A stretch of 59,964 nucleotides of DNA, the filler included, from Sphacelaria rigidula (lineage: Eukaryota), in assembly GCA_964200075.2 (NCBI GenBank). It is 3 parts of 3 records of this genome, joined end to end, with 100 filler letters (N's around TTAATTAATTAA, not from the genome) between each part and the next. Parts side by side here need not be neighbours in the genome. Positions count along the whole stretch, not along the records: positions 1 to 19,934 come from CAXNAA020000586.1; positions 20,035 to 39,949 come from CAXNAA020000587.1; 1 more part is not named here. One strand, given 5' to 3'. The notes beneath the pieces were generated by a model. That model saw nothing but the letters and a program-made list of their open reading frames with translations. It was not told the DNA's origin and searched no databases. Position numbers and translations under genes: made by a program. How positions within the stretch are numbered: the first letter of the stretch is position 1; the number at the start of each line of letters is the position of its first letter. Shown here in pieces: positions 14,401-26,363 of the stretch.

Positions 14401-17400
14401 TTTCTGAGGTACAGTAGATCTGCTTCCGCCGCTCGGCGTATCTTTCGGCAGTCGCTCTCGTTGGCCTGACGTGTCATTGCCAACCGAAAACTGAACTCCC
14501 GTCTGAGCAAAGTCAAAGAATTACGTTACGGTCCCGCAACAAAAGCTTCAACCGGACTCCCTACCGGCGAACGACTCCAGAAACTCTCGCTGGATGCCGT
14601 CCTCGCTGCGAGAACCACTCACCACCTCCGGGTGAGCCGCAGCTCGAAACGCTTTCGTCACATCCTCCACAAATACGAAACCATCTCCGTCTGCGTCTGT
14701 TCAATCGCGCAGCGCAGACAATATTCAGGGGAATCGCTTCACCCTGAGGGTGGGTGGGTGGGTGGGGGAACCAAGATAACGGGCAGAAGTGTGCGCTGTG
14801 CTAAATTGAAGCGAATCACGCACTTGATCTTCTTGAGTTCCACCACAGCGTTAAAAAACAAAAGTCACCGCGTTATTGGCGGCGACCACCACCATATCAG
14901 ACAGAAGAAAACGTTCCACATGACCGTCCGTTTATGCCTCGCGACTTTGTTGCCGCTGTAATGCCAACCCGAGATATTCCCGCTCACCAATGCGGTTAAA
15001 CACCTCATGCGCCAGCGCGAGGCGTGTTTGCGAGAGCGGCTCCCTAACGGTCCCAAGGAAATATTCGTAGGGTACTTGGCCCTCCTCTCTCTCGTCCAGA
15101 TGCTGCTTGCCATCATGGTTCAAGAGGCGGGAGGAAGCGAAGAGAGCCAAGGCCGGGAGAGAGACGAGCAACGGAGGGCAACGAAATTCCGGATAAGCTC
15201 TCGTCGAATGCAGAGTATCTCCCATTGATAGATGATCAGAGATAGCGTGGAAATCGTGCAGTCTCCTTGGGGAGAGCTCACGAAATCGACTTGCTGACTT
15301 TCGTATGTAAAAATGGCGTACAGTCGGAGTGTCAATTCACGATTCACCCACACATACATGACGACAAGGGTCACCCCGGACCCATCCCATAACTTGGGGT
15401 TCACGCTGGTATGGATGTTGACGAATCCTCACCGGCACGGAAAGCATCCGATGCCAAATGTTGCGAAAAATACATGTGACAAGGCACACCAGCTACGTGC
15501 CCAGCTTCACCTCAAACAGTATCCGCATTTCAGCTTCCTTTAGCCCGAGCTCAGCATCTCCAACAGCCTTCTTGAAGCCTGCCAATGCCACCGTTCCATT
15601 TCCACTCTCATCCATCTGCCGTAGCCCTTTCAGAAGCCGAAAAGCACCGCTCACGCCCCGAGTGGCAAGATTATCGCGCACACGATCCAGCAAGCAACGT
15701 ACGCCTGGACACATACGAGTATTATCCGGTCTCCGACCCATACGCGCCGACACGCTAGCTTTAGTGTGGACTGTTTGTGGGACTCGAGCACCCCAGGCTT
15801 CGATAGGAGCAGGTGCTTGGTAGGGTATCGTAGATGCTTCATTTACTTCCACAGGGTGCTGTTGTATCGTTTGCCGGGGTCGACTTCCACTGCTACTGTT
15901 GTCAGTTTCGGTTTCGTCAGCCATGTTCATGCTGAGACGACTCCTATCTTCTGCCGGGGTGCTGTCTGCCGGGTTATTCGTCATGGTGGTGTTGGAATGA
16001 CGATATGTTCCCGCCCGACACTTGTGCTGGGCAGTGGTAGTGTCGACGGTCCGAAACCGCTTGCTGTCGCAGGTGCTCTTATTTTTCCAGACGGCGTGGA
16101 GGTAGGCACAGAACGCCTTGTCGCCGGGAATGAGCGCTGATATGTCTGCGTGATGCTCCCACCAGTCTCCGCGCGTTACCCTCCCACCGATTTCCCCACC
16201 TCCTGATTCATGACGTGGATTGCGGGAGACACGCTTGTGGTGATGAGGCCGGCGAACATGTGTGTGTATGGAGGGACAGGATCTGTGCTGACGCGGAGAA
16301 TGCATTAAGAATACAACATATGTTGCAAATCTCTCATGACACGCCACACCTACTTTGCAGTGTGAAAGGCGAGATGCATCCAATATGCGCCGATAGGTGC
16401 GCTTGATCTAGCAATGTGAATTGAAGCCAAGCCACCCAGTTTAAAGGTGGGTTCATTTCTGAACACGACAACTTCAGCTGCTAATATGCCAGGCCAACTC
16501 GGTATAGTTGCCGTAGACTACAATGGCCCCACTATTTGTGTTTTTGGTGTGTGACGAAGCGTGACCTGAGCCAGCTATGCAGTGTCTCACCGTCAAACGC
16601 CTCCAAAAACTCCGACAAAACTTCCCGTGCTTCACGCGTTCCTGCAACCACATCAGGATGCGCTTCGGCATTGAAAAGCTGAGCAACCGTGGACGGATCG
16701 AGTGTCTCATCGTCTTCGGTGTTGTCACGATTGTTTCTGTCTGCGTCATACAGGAGCGAATCGAACGCTTTCTTGATCGCCTCAGCTCGGTGTTTGTTGA
16801 TTTCGCCGCGGACGGCACGCAGTGCATCCGCCGCACGGATAGCTTGCACGTTTCTTCGATCCAAATGCCGAAACGCTTGGGCCATCTCCTGTGCCTGGGT
16901 ACAGAGAAAAGGGAGTGCCCGCACACGGATGTTAGTCACCTTTCTCAAGCACAATATTCGGACAAGTTTTCTGTGAAAATGTGGCTTTCTAGAACAAAAC
17001 TCCAACCAATGTCGTAGCAGACAGTTCTCTTCCGTATCGTGAACTAAATAAAAACCCAACGAAACGTCATATCCTATCCCAACTGCTCGTCGACAACAAC
17101 AAGAAGGATTGGAACATGTTGCCCAGACACTTTCTACGATAGCCCCTCCCCCAAAAAAGTGCCTGGTTTGGAGAGGCAAAATCTTGGCGTGAATCGAAAT
17201 GGGAAAGGCCGCGAGCACAACGAGCAGCTGGGAATTCCCGCGCTTGGGTTCTTTTTCGCCAATTTCGTCCATATGAGGCGCTTCATGCAGCCTGAACCCA
17301 AACATCAGGCGCCGCATGGTCATTTTTTTCGTGACATTCTTGGGTTGGTTTTGGGGGGGGGGGGTTATCGTTGAAAGTGTTCCCACCAGAATACTCACCG

Positions 17401-17623
17401 TTAAGTCCGCACCAACTAGACGGACAGCGGCATGAAACCCCTCCTGCGTAAGCTCTTCGGCACCGACGATACCACCACCAGATCTCGCGTTCCGGACACC
17501 TCGACGGAATGCAGTCACCCCGGGAAGACCGCGAGACAAGATCTGAGAGCGCAAGTTCGCAACGAGCCCCCCGCCCGCGCCAAGTACTTGAAACGCAAAA
17601 CTTCGCTCGCTCTCTGCAGCCAT
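5449..17623 (-). CDS. Multi-exon (~16 exons) protein with five tandem calcyphosin-like EF-hand modules
   Basis: ATG at 17623. Exons with GT-AG boundaries include 17623-17399, 16894-16591, 16202-15511, 15102-14988, ~9863-9752, ~6131-6012 and 5562-5449 (ending ...LLRSSWSM-TGA). Five copies of the calcyphosin-type motif F.A..HP.V..G: FNAEAHPDV, FRAAAHPEV, FNSAAHPEV, FDASRHPHV, FDATRHPEV. Each is followed by a V/I...(D/E)F..YY..VSA....D..F......W tail, e.g. QDFETYYADVSAATPSDDYFSLQLQSCWGL. An EF-loop DESGNGTVALAGF is present. Some internal boundaries are approximate. Confidence 0.85.
10763..10860. repeat. Intronic 33-bp minisatellite, 3 identical copies, each with an internal hairpin
   Basis: ACGCTGAAAGTTGGATGGTCTACCATCCGCGTG x3; GGATGGT/ACCATCC inverted repeat in each unit. 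Confidence 0.95.
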
Positions 17624-19934
17624 CGGGGCCGCCCAAACGGCAACAATCGTGTCCCTAGTGCGGGGGCACGGCGGATGGGGTTCATGACGCCCAAAGGTGC
17701 GAAAAGGGGGGTCAGACTTGGAGCTAGCGTAGATAATATATATATATATATATATATATCGTCAAATTCGTGGAATTGCCAAGTGTTTTGTGAGTGCTGG
17801 CGACCACTAACAGTAAGCGGTGCACGCGAGTTCATAACCATGTGTGTCATATTTACTCAACAGGAGGACGCATGACTCGTGGGATGCTTGTACAGCAATC
17901 GTCTCACCTGAAGTGGTCGTCGCTGACAAATGCAGTGAGCGAGCTGTAGAAATCGAGAAAAGCAGGGAAGGATACCACCCCTTCACCATGAGTGCCTCTT
18001 GTAGTCATCAATACATCATCTAGAGTGCAGAGCATATCTTGCTGCACCTGGGCGCTAGCTCGCAACCGCGTTCGGACGTCGGGGTGATTTTCCGTCCTGT
18101 AGCAAGCGATTATCTGGCAAGGGTAAACGGTGGCATGGTCATCAGTGATCGGTGTAAAGCAGGACCAGGATTACTGTGGCATCCGTCACGACCCTTGTCT
18201 CCCGATCGAAAAATGGAATTGAAGAGTTAGGCCTCACAGCTTTGTCTGAAAGTGCCATTTTCTAATGCTAAGTTATAGGCCGTAAATGAACACAGTCTCC
18301 GTCATACGACGGCTGGTTTTGGAGCATTTCGCCCATGTCTCGTGATCCAACAGATGACATGGTACGAGAACTGCCAAGCAGCGCGCAGATATTGTCTATC
18401 CAGTTTCTATACGTGTTGGCACCTGCATCTAAGTCCTATCATTATGTGACGCACGCTGGCTTTTCAGCATTCAAGCCATAGTCCCAACACGGATAGAAAG
18501 CTATGCAGGAGGTACTTTGAAATTGTCGTGCAATCAAAAGAAGGGGATGGTATTTAGCAAATCGTCAGTGTGATACCTTACAGCTGCAGGGGCACTCGTC
18601 CATTTCAAAACGGTGTATTGACACTTCGTTCAGCAAACATAATATCCATTTGTTGGGGTGAACCTCAACAAACACACGATGTAAGAACGAGTCTCTACTG
18701 AAAAAACGGTGTTCTTCGGATATAACGTGTCGGAGGTTGATAGTAAAAGAACCTAAAATATGGAATTTTGCGATGAAGTGATCCTTTCACGGCGCTGTTT
18801 CGGTCCTAAATCTAGCCGTTTCAAGCAAGCGTTTTGGGCTCAACCCCCACAGAGTGTGGTTTCCGATATTTGAAAAAAAACATACGAGACAAAAAAAGGA
18901 CATACACGAGTTCTCGAGAGCAGCTTTCACCATACCTCTTCGCGGCTCAGCAGACCGTCCAAGTCCTGGTCCATCATGTCGAATACAGCCCGCGTTAATG
19001 TTACGCGCTGGCGAGGGGTTGGGGGCCGTAGCGCTCCTAAAATCTGTTCAAAACCGGAAATTTAGCGTCAGCCTCAGTGTGATGCTTGCGGCTGAACGTA
19101 AATGCAGGCTACGCAACCTCGTTCCCCCTCTCCTCCCTCAGAGGCCTTCGATACTGCGCAGTAGTCTTGGCCGAGAACTGGAATACTACTGTCTCCTCAC
19201 CGTGCACAGGGATACATACTGAAACGACGCCTTCGCTGCGACGGGATCACCGGTGTGTGCGGAGTGTAAAAACAAGCTGTTTTCTTCTCTTCCACGTTTT
19301 GAAGGAGGGAACATTAGTTTTCCAACATTTATATAGTGCCAAATCGAAATTGTTAGTACACCAGCGATATCCGCCCTCGGGTTATGATTTTTTACAATGA
19401 TATATCTCCGGGGTTTATTGCAGGATGTAATCGCTTTCGTCCAGTGCGGTATCGGAACCGCTTGAGCTTATTCAGGATGGGCACTATATAGTCCTTGATG
19501 ACTGGGATAATTCAGTAGTAATATCAAGAATGAACACCTTAGTCTTGTGAGAGTCACTGGCGCACTTGGTCTCACTATGTAATCAATTAACCGCTCGGTT
19601 GTTGTGTTCCCCTGTCGACCGCTCATCATGACGAATTCACTGCCCACATTACTAGGGGGAGTTGAGTTTTTGCTTCTTCTTTTGGCGCGCCAAGGCCGGA
19701 TGTTATTATGGCAAACAGATTTTTGGCCCACGGATTGTTCACTGTTGGGACTTTTGACCCACCTGTTGCCCCCCAAAGAGGGAAAACCGCCAACACACGT
19801 CTCGGACACTTTGCATCACCCCACAGAGAGAAGCCTTGTCAGCTTTTTCAGATTCAACAACAAATTGTGCGAATTGAGGTTTGACTTCGAGATGAGGTTC
19901 AAGCTTAAAACAGTGCTTTCCCCACACTTTCAGC

Positions 19935-20034
19935 NNNNNNNNNNNNNNNNNNNNNNNNNNNNNNNNNNNNNNNNNNNNTTAATTAATTAANNNNNNNNNN
20001 NNNNNNNNNNNNNNNNNNNNNNNNNNNNNNNNNN
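19935..20034. other. Artificial contig linker (N44-TTAATTAATTAA-N44)
   Basis: 100 nt of Ns with a central six-frame stop linker. Confidence 0.98.
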
Positions 20035-21145
20035 AACGATTCATCCACTGATTGAGCGCTTTTTACTCTCAATCGTATCTTTTACTCTCAATCTCACGAA
20101 AACACTGTTCACTGCTGTACGCGTATTCAAAGTCATTTTCGAGGAGACTCTCTTCAAACTCACCCCACCTCGGGGGCGATACGGCAATTACCAGAAGGTA
20201 AACGATGAGCGAATACATGGTAGCTATGGTCAACAACATCGCTCTGTAATCTTGTTTTTTTTCACAAGTACAGCACAAGAGACAATAACTATACTAATAT
20301 TCTAAACATACATGTAGCATCGACCTGAATGTGTGTTTTGGTCTTCGGCTTTCACGGGTCTGAGAAGGTGAACCTTAGCAATATCGAGAAAATGGATAAT
20401 GACACAACTTTTCCCGACGAACTAGACCAGGGCAGTTGAGCTCAGCTCTAGGGCCAATACCAAGAGGGTGTCCGCATCAAGAGCTCGTGCGGTCGTGCTT
20501 ACCAGCGACTCACCAAGCACCCAGGAGCCGCAGGGGTTTATTGTGTAAGCTCGAGAATCGAAAAGTGTAGGCCACGGCTTCGTACTGTACTGTTCGTTTA
20601 GACAAGAAACACTTCTCCCCTTCCGAACTCAGCACCCCCTCAAATCGCCGTACATTTACAGCCTGACCAACCGACCAACCTTGCACGGTACTCTACTATA
20701 GTATCAACCAGGGGGGGTGGGGCGGGCGCTGCAGGGTTTACTGGGTAGGCACGCATGCTGAGGTAGGAGGGATATGTGTGGGTAGAGTGTGTTTGGGAGG
20801 TACAGAGCGGAGCCAGGACACTGTGTTGTTTGCTGTCAACGGGAGAGAAGACTAATTTTCTTGGCGACTCTTTTCTCTGGCAGGAGCCAACCCCTCCTTC
20901 GATTGGTGTGACTTCGTTGACCTGCTCGCCGAGACCGTTACTATTACTGCACCAGCTCCTGTTGTGAAGAGCGCAAGTTTACTTCGTTATTGCGTCTTTT
21001 TTCGACCCGTCGCACCTCGAAGTTAGACATCGGAGACAAACCAATTCCGCCCGCGTTTGCGATAAGAGGCAGTTCGTTTTCGCCGCACCGAAGACCTGCT
21101 GAATTCAATTGCTGAATTCAAACATAGCAAATATCGCGTCCCCCC

Positions 21146-23476
21146 ATGAACAACTATCCGTGGGGGCATGGGTCCACAGTCTTTTCGGCCCAGCCTGACA
21201 AGGATGTGGCCGCCGGGAGCACTGAGGGATCAAATGGTCATGCCTATCATGGCGGCGGCGGAAATGGCACTGGTCGGGACAGTCTCACGGTAGCAGTGCC
21301 GTCTCACAACCACATTAGCCCCCAGTCTTCACGGTCACCTTCGCCTCCGGCCGAACCCTTCACAAACTTGGGTGAGGACCCAAGTAACAGCACGGACGAG
21401 GAGGAGGGGGAATTGGGAGAGATCATACCATCCACCCTTGCGCGTCGACATTTGACTGAGGGGTCCGTGAATAATCCGTTCGACTTGGATGATGATAGTG
21501 TGGATTCACGCGCCGGCAGCAGCAGCAGTAGCGGTGGCAGCCCTCGCACAGTGGTCCGACCTATCTCGCGACCTCTGCGGTCAATCTACGTAGGGCCCCC
21601 GCTTAGCGAAGCAAGCGCTTCGACACCGCAACTAAACGGCACATATTCCGCCGGTGCCGGCGCAGGTTCTCTCGCCGTGCGCCCTCAACATACCTCTGCG
21701 GCTGGCACCGGCGCTGGGTCTCTGGCGTTTGGCGCCCATTATTGTACATACTCTGCTGGTGGCGGCGCGGGCTCTTTCGTGGTAGGCCCGCAATCCGGTG
21801 GGGGGTCGAACAGCGGCGGCGGGAACCCATCACCACTGGCAGCGGCAGCGACCCATGCTGCTGGGCGTCAGCAGGTGTTGACGGGGCGAGGAGGGTCAGC
21901 GTCAGCGGCAGGCACAGCAAGGGGTGAGAAGGCGAACGACCCTCGGCGCTTGAATTTCAGGGCGAGGTGGGGGGAGACGAAGGAAGCAGGGAAAGTGCGA
22001 CAGGAATGGGGGGGGGCGCGGATTGAACGCGCTGATTTTGGAACTAGCAGCAACAAAGGGGTAGAGTCCAGAGCTAGGGGATCACCGACTACGGACGGCG
22101 GGGGCGGGGGCGGAGATGTTGGGAGTAAGAATACAAATGAATGGGGGGACAACACAGCCAAACCGCAGGATGAGCGTGATGCCGAACATACTTGGCGGGG
22201 AGAAAACGGAACGTCTCCGCGTGATGATGAACAAGAGCAACAAGGTTTATTCGAGCGTGGCGGCGATACTAGCGACAAGAGAACAGGCTTCGGCAGGGCG
22301 AGGGACGACGTTCCCGAGGCTGGACAACTTACGACCGAACCTGCACTACGCGGACGCGGGTCCGAGCGCGACGATCTCGGTACCGCTCGCGAACGTTCTC
22401 GCAGCCCATCTGTTGGACAAGACCGTGGTCCGCCGACCCCTACGCCTTCTCCTGTAGATACACCCGCCCACGATCTTGCCCAGGATTCCAACACCGGCGC
22501 TCAAGCCGTCACTCTCCCGATGGCGGTAGCTCCTACGTCGCCGGTGGAGGTGCCGGCACGCTCGACCTCGGGCCCGCAACCGGTCTCTCCTCTACCTGTG
22601 TCATCACCGCCGCGGAAACAGCCGCCGCCATATACGCCCACGCCCCCTCCTCTCATCCAGCCGCCGCCGTATTCCCTTGCTCCTCCTCCTCTCGCCCGTA
22701 AGTCGTTGCTGCCGCCGCCGCCGCCTCCACCGCCGCCGCCGCCGCCGCCGCCGCCCTGCCTCCAAGCTTCGGCCACGGCGCAGCTCCAAGCTGTGGCGCC
22801 TGTTAATAGAAATAATTCAACTCGGGCGCCCCGACCACCAAACCTATCCACGCAGCTCGCGTCCGTGAGCTTGTCTCCACCGATGACTTCACCATTAGCA
22901 ACTTCAACGCCGACAACGTTCAGCTCAGCGTCGACCGTATCTACCCCTGCGATGGCCGTACAAACAAGGGTGACCTCTGAAGCGCGGTTGGGCAGCGGCA
23001 GCGGCGACGGTGGTGGTGGCGGCGGTGGTGGCCGTGGCAGTGGTGGTGGATTGAAGCGGTCGGAGCGGTCTTCCTCTACTAGTTTCGGCGAGTCTTTGGT
23101 GTTACCATCGGGGCGGAGTAGCAAGCGTGTACGTGTTTCGGATGATGAGCCCTCCGCGCAGCCAGCGCCGGTATTTTCGTCCGACGATGAAGACAGCGCA
23201 GGGGCGGTAAAGAAGGGGGGCGGCAATTGGCGGCAGGAGTACCGCGGGGAGGGGCCGCACCAGTTCAAGTTTCTGGAGGATGCTACGGGGAGGTTGTGCG
23301 TAATTTGCAACAAGAGCATGGTGCGGATTTGCACGGCATGTGGTAAATGCCACGACTGCTTCCGCGGGGGTAATCGAGAATGTGTTCCGGGTGCGACGGT
23401 GGAGCGTCGACTTTCGCCTCCTCCCCAGGGGTCCGTGGCGCCACCTATGGAGTATCCCAAGACTGTCACAAGGTAA
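21146..23476 (+). CDS. Low-complexity Gly/Ser/Pro-rich protein (776-aa ORF) with a poly-proline tract and a C-terminal C1-like Cys/His cluster; probably continues through a splice donor at 23473
   Basis: 2.3-kb uninterrupted GC-rich ORF. Contains HQFKFLEDATGRLCVICNKSMVRICTACGKCHDCFRGGNREC. The TAA lies inside a consensus donor AG|GTAAGC. Confidence 0.75.
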   Translation: MNNYPWGHGSTVFSAQPDKDVAAGSTEGSNGHAYHGGGGNGTGRDSLTVAVPSHNHISPQSSRSPSPPAEPFTNLGEDPSNSTDEEEGELGEIIPSTLARRHLTEGSVNNPFDLDDDSVDSRAGSSSSSGGSPRTVVRPISRPLRSIYVGPPLSEASASTPQLNGTYSAGAGAGSLAVRPQHTSAAGTGAGSLAFGAHYCTYSAGGGAGSFVVGPQSGGGSNSGGGNPSPLAAAATHAAGRQQVLTGRGGSASAAGTARGEKANDPRRLNFRARWGETKEAGKVRQEWGGARIERADFGTSSNKGVESRARGSPTTDGGGGGGDVGSKNTNEWGDNTAKPQDERDAEHTWRGENGTSPRDDEQEQQGLFERGGDTSDKRTGFGRARDDVPEAGQLTTEPALRGRGSERDDLGTARERSRSPSVGQDRGPPTPTPSPVDTPAHDLAQDSNTGAQAVTLPMAVAPTSPVEVPARSTSGPQPVSPLPVSSPPRKQPPPYTPTPPPLIQPPPYSLAPPPLARKSLLPPPPPPPPPPPPPPPCLQASATAQLQAVAPVNRNNSTRAPRPPNLSTQLASVSLSPPMTSPLATSTPTTFSSASTVSTPAMAVQTRVTSEARLGSGSGDGGGGGGGGRGSGGGLKRSERSSSTSFGESLVLPSGRSSKRVRVSDDEPSAQPAPVFSSDDEDSAGAVKKGGGNWRQEYRGEGPHQFKFLEDATGRLCVICNKSMVRICTACGKCHDCFRGGNRECVPGATVERRLSPPPQGSVAPPMEYPKTVTR

Positions 23477-24542
23477 GCTTTTAGTGTTTGCGTAGCGAGC
23501 TTTTTTCGACTTTTGGTCGGACCCTCCTGTCGTAAAAGCTGGGGCCTCTACCTATGAGGATCTGACAACTTCAGTAGTTTGCTACTGTGAATCCGCGATC
23601 CTGCTCTATTTTCTCATCTATTGCTTGCTCGTCGCTATTTTGAAATTGTGTCGAAGGTTTTCCACATGTTCCTGTTTTGCAATGTTGCTCCATGAAAAGT
23701 TTAATCAAATTCGACTGAGATTCTCCTCCCAAATAGAACAGCAGGAGTGCGAATCAATTCAGCCGTCGGTACATGGGCTACTACTCAGCACATACGTTTC
23801 ACGTGTAGGGAAATGTACTGTCACAGCAAGGGAACAACATTTTATTCTGTGAACACCAGCAATATTCGGCGCGATTCCTGACCTCACTCCCGTGTGACTC
23901 TATCGCCGACGGCGTTGGAGGCGGGGGCGGGACCTTTCAAAATATACACTGTGGTACAGCACAGTTCAGTGGCTTCCCAGGCACTGCTACTAGCGTAGAA
24001 TTCTACACGTATGTCATGGGAACATTGCAGTGCTCCAGTAGCTTCTTAGGTGTACATCATGGGTACAGAGCAGGGCAGTGCCTTGCCCCGAAAGACGAGG
24101 AAGTGACAGCTGCTACGCCTAGGCGGTAAACATACTGTGCCGAAGAGCTGTGTAAAGAATAACTAGTAGCTACCTAATGGAGTATCATGGGCACCATCGT
24201 GAGAACTATACATACTGCCCAGTTCTCCACAGTAGTACCGTACAGTACCGAAGAAGTTACTGCATTTGGTTCGAAGTGGTTTACTCTAAACTCATTTGTG
24301 CTGCATGCACCTGGTGTGGATTGCGTTTGTAGTTTTGTTTTAGAGTTTTTTTGGATGCCAGAGTCTCGAGGATAGCGCTGGTGCTTTTGGGAGTGTTCTA
24401 CTAAGACATGAACTGAGTGCCGCTAACTTTGCAGCTTTTGACGAGGTCACTTAACTGTACACTCTGTTGAGCTGCAGGAATGTGCTGTGGTGGATTTCGC
24501 CGGTTGTTTTATCCATGATGCGCTTTCGTGATACTGGTGGAT

Positions 24543-24687
24543 ATCTCCCACGTTAAAGATAATCCGATTTTTCGAAGCCAACGCCCGTCCCGGGTATGCC
24601 GACCCATCTCCCACGTTAAAGATAATCCGATTTTTCGAAGCCAACGCCCGTCCCGGGTATGCCGACCCAACCTATGCCGACCCAACC
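24543..24687. repeat. 63-bp perfect tandem duplication followed by a 15-bp duplication
   Basis: 24543-24605 equals 24606-24668; TATGCCGACCCAACC x2 at 24658-24687. Confidence 0.95.
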
Positions 24688-25478
24688 TACCTCTTGAACT
24701 TCTTGCAACAGGAAGGCGGTGACACACCAGTATGGCCATTACCAAATCACCTTTCCCTCTCCTATTTTTCTTGCGGGACAGAGCAGCATCAATGACCTGG
24801 AAACACAGCCCAGTCCGCGAAATTTTCCGCCGGTCGGTGGGTCGCTACCGCTGCCACTCTACTTCGACAAGAGCTCTTGGACGAGCTCGCAGATGTTCTC
24901 GTCTCCTAATCTACTCAATTGAAATTCCTAGAGTAAGGCGTATCACAAGAATGAAGTATCGACAATTGTCGTTTCATCCTTCGAAACTCATCAGAAGTCT
25001 AAGTGCCAACTTATTAGTAGAACCCATCGTGCGATCCTTGCACGATTAAATCAGAGGCGCTGGCTCGCTACGGTCTACCGCCATCCCCTCTGTATCCTTC
25101 GAGTTATCCTCGATAATCTTATATACACCGGAATCCGAGTGTTGATGCCTTCCCATCGATCTAAAACATCTTACATGTTCCTATCGATGTGCGCTGTCGA
25201 AGCCAAGAAGTGTACCAGGACAGCTTGAGCTGATATCGCTGGCAACCCTGTTCCCTCACGTATGACCAGTGTCTACTTCCCCTGCTACCAGTGTCATTCG
25301 CAGTGAAATTTTTCGTGTTTTTGTCCTGATGGACAGGAAACTATGCAGTATCGCGACACCGGCGTCTCTTTCTAGCTTCGAACATCGTCCTGCTGTTCCC
25401 GACTTCGGTAGCTGTCTCTGCACATGTGCCCTCTCTACCCTGTACTGAACTTCGACTCACCTTGCCGACTGCGGAATA

Positions 25479-26092
25479 TTGACGTATCACTCACGAACCA
25501 GAAACCCCGATGGCACAGCTGCTCTAGAGAAGCGTATGGAACGCGCGATTTACGAAGCCATTCGAAACGGGGATACCAACCCTATGATTGGTCTACTGAA
25601 CGCCAAAGTGTCGCCCAACTTCAAGCGACCGGCGGGCGAAACGTGCCTCCATGCCGCCGCATTTTGCGGGGATCTGGACCTCGTCAAGGACCTCGCCATA
25701 AGGCTTAAAGCGGACCCGAGCGTTAAGGACACGCACGGCAATATGCCTGTGGATTTGGCGGCGATGCAAAAGAAAACCGAGGTGGTGGCATTTTTGCAAC
25801 CAATTGCGCCGTCGAAGAAGGAGTTGACGATTGCGGCGCACCAACGGCACCGACAGCTTTCACATCAGTTGAAATCGCAGCGGGAGAAGCAGCAGCAGCA
25901 ACAACAGCAACAACAACAACAACGTCGGCAGGAGCAGCAGCAACAATCTCAACCCTCACAATACCAGCAGCAGCCGCAACATCAACAGCAACAGCAACAG
26001 CAACCATTGCAGCATCTGCAGCGGCAGTTGCAACACCACCACCAACAACCATTGCAGCAGCAACCCCAACAGCAGCAACCTCAGCCCCAACA

Positions 26093-26123
<31 letters not shown>

Positions 26124-26276
26124 CACTTCCCCCCTCCTCCTTTTCTCAACCAGGTCCTGGTACCTCAGATCCAGCAACACGTCCAGCATCTCCCGTATGC
26201 GCGCCCCGTGCTCTCTTCGCCCCCGTTGTTTGCGCACCCGCCGCAGTATCAATTGCGCGCTCCCCAACAGCAACAG

Positions 26277-26311
<35 letters not shown>

Positions 26312-26363
26312 AGCACAACAACCGCACCAGCTGCATTCTTCTCAAGGGGGAATCGTTCGATAG
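25479..26363 (+). CDS. Ankyrin-repeat protein or terminal exon (2-3 ANK repeats) with a polyQ/Pro-rich tail; true start uncertain (in-frame ATG at 25536, or spliced)
   Basis: GETCLHAAAFCGDLDLVKDL...ADPSVKDTHGNMPVDLAA...EVVAFL matches the ankyrin consensus. Mixed CAG/CAA glutamine runs follow. Confidence 0.85.

Noticed and set aside
16532..17623. Single 363-aa ORF as one coding exon
   Set aside because: 17398-16895 has a GTGAG donor and a CAG acceptor and translates to non-homologous sequence; it is an open-frame intron.
19979..19990. TTAATTAATTAA as a piggyBac footprint or regulatory site
   Set aside because: Embedded in Ns and repeated identically at 39994-40005; it is an assembly linker.
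22570..22760. Formin (FH1) or WASP-family gene
   Set aside because: Poly-proline is present, but no FH2 or WH2/VCA-like sequence is visible in the window.
21868..23469. Long antisense ORFs (208 aa and 322 aa); likewise 25723-26481 and 37088-37888
   Set aside because: Shadows of GC-rich or repetitive sense-strand coding sequence.
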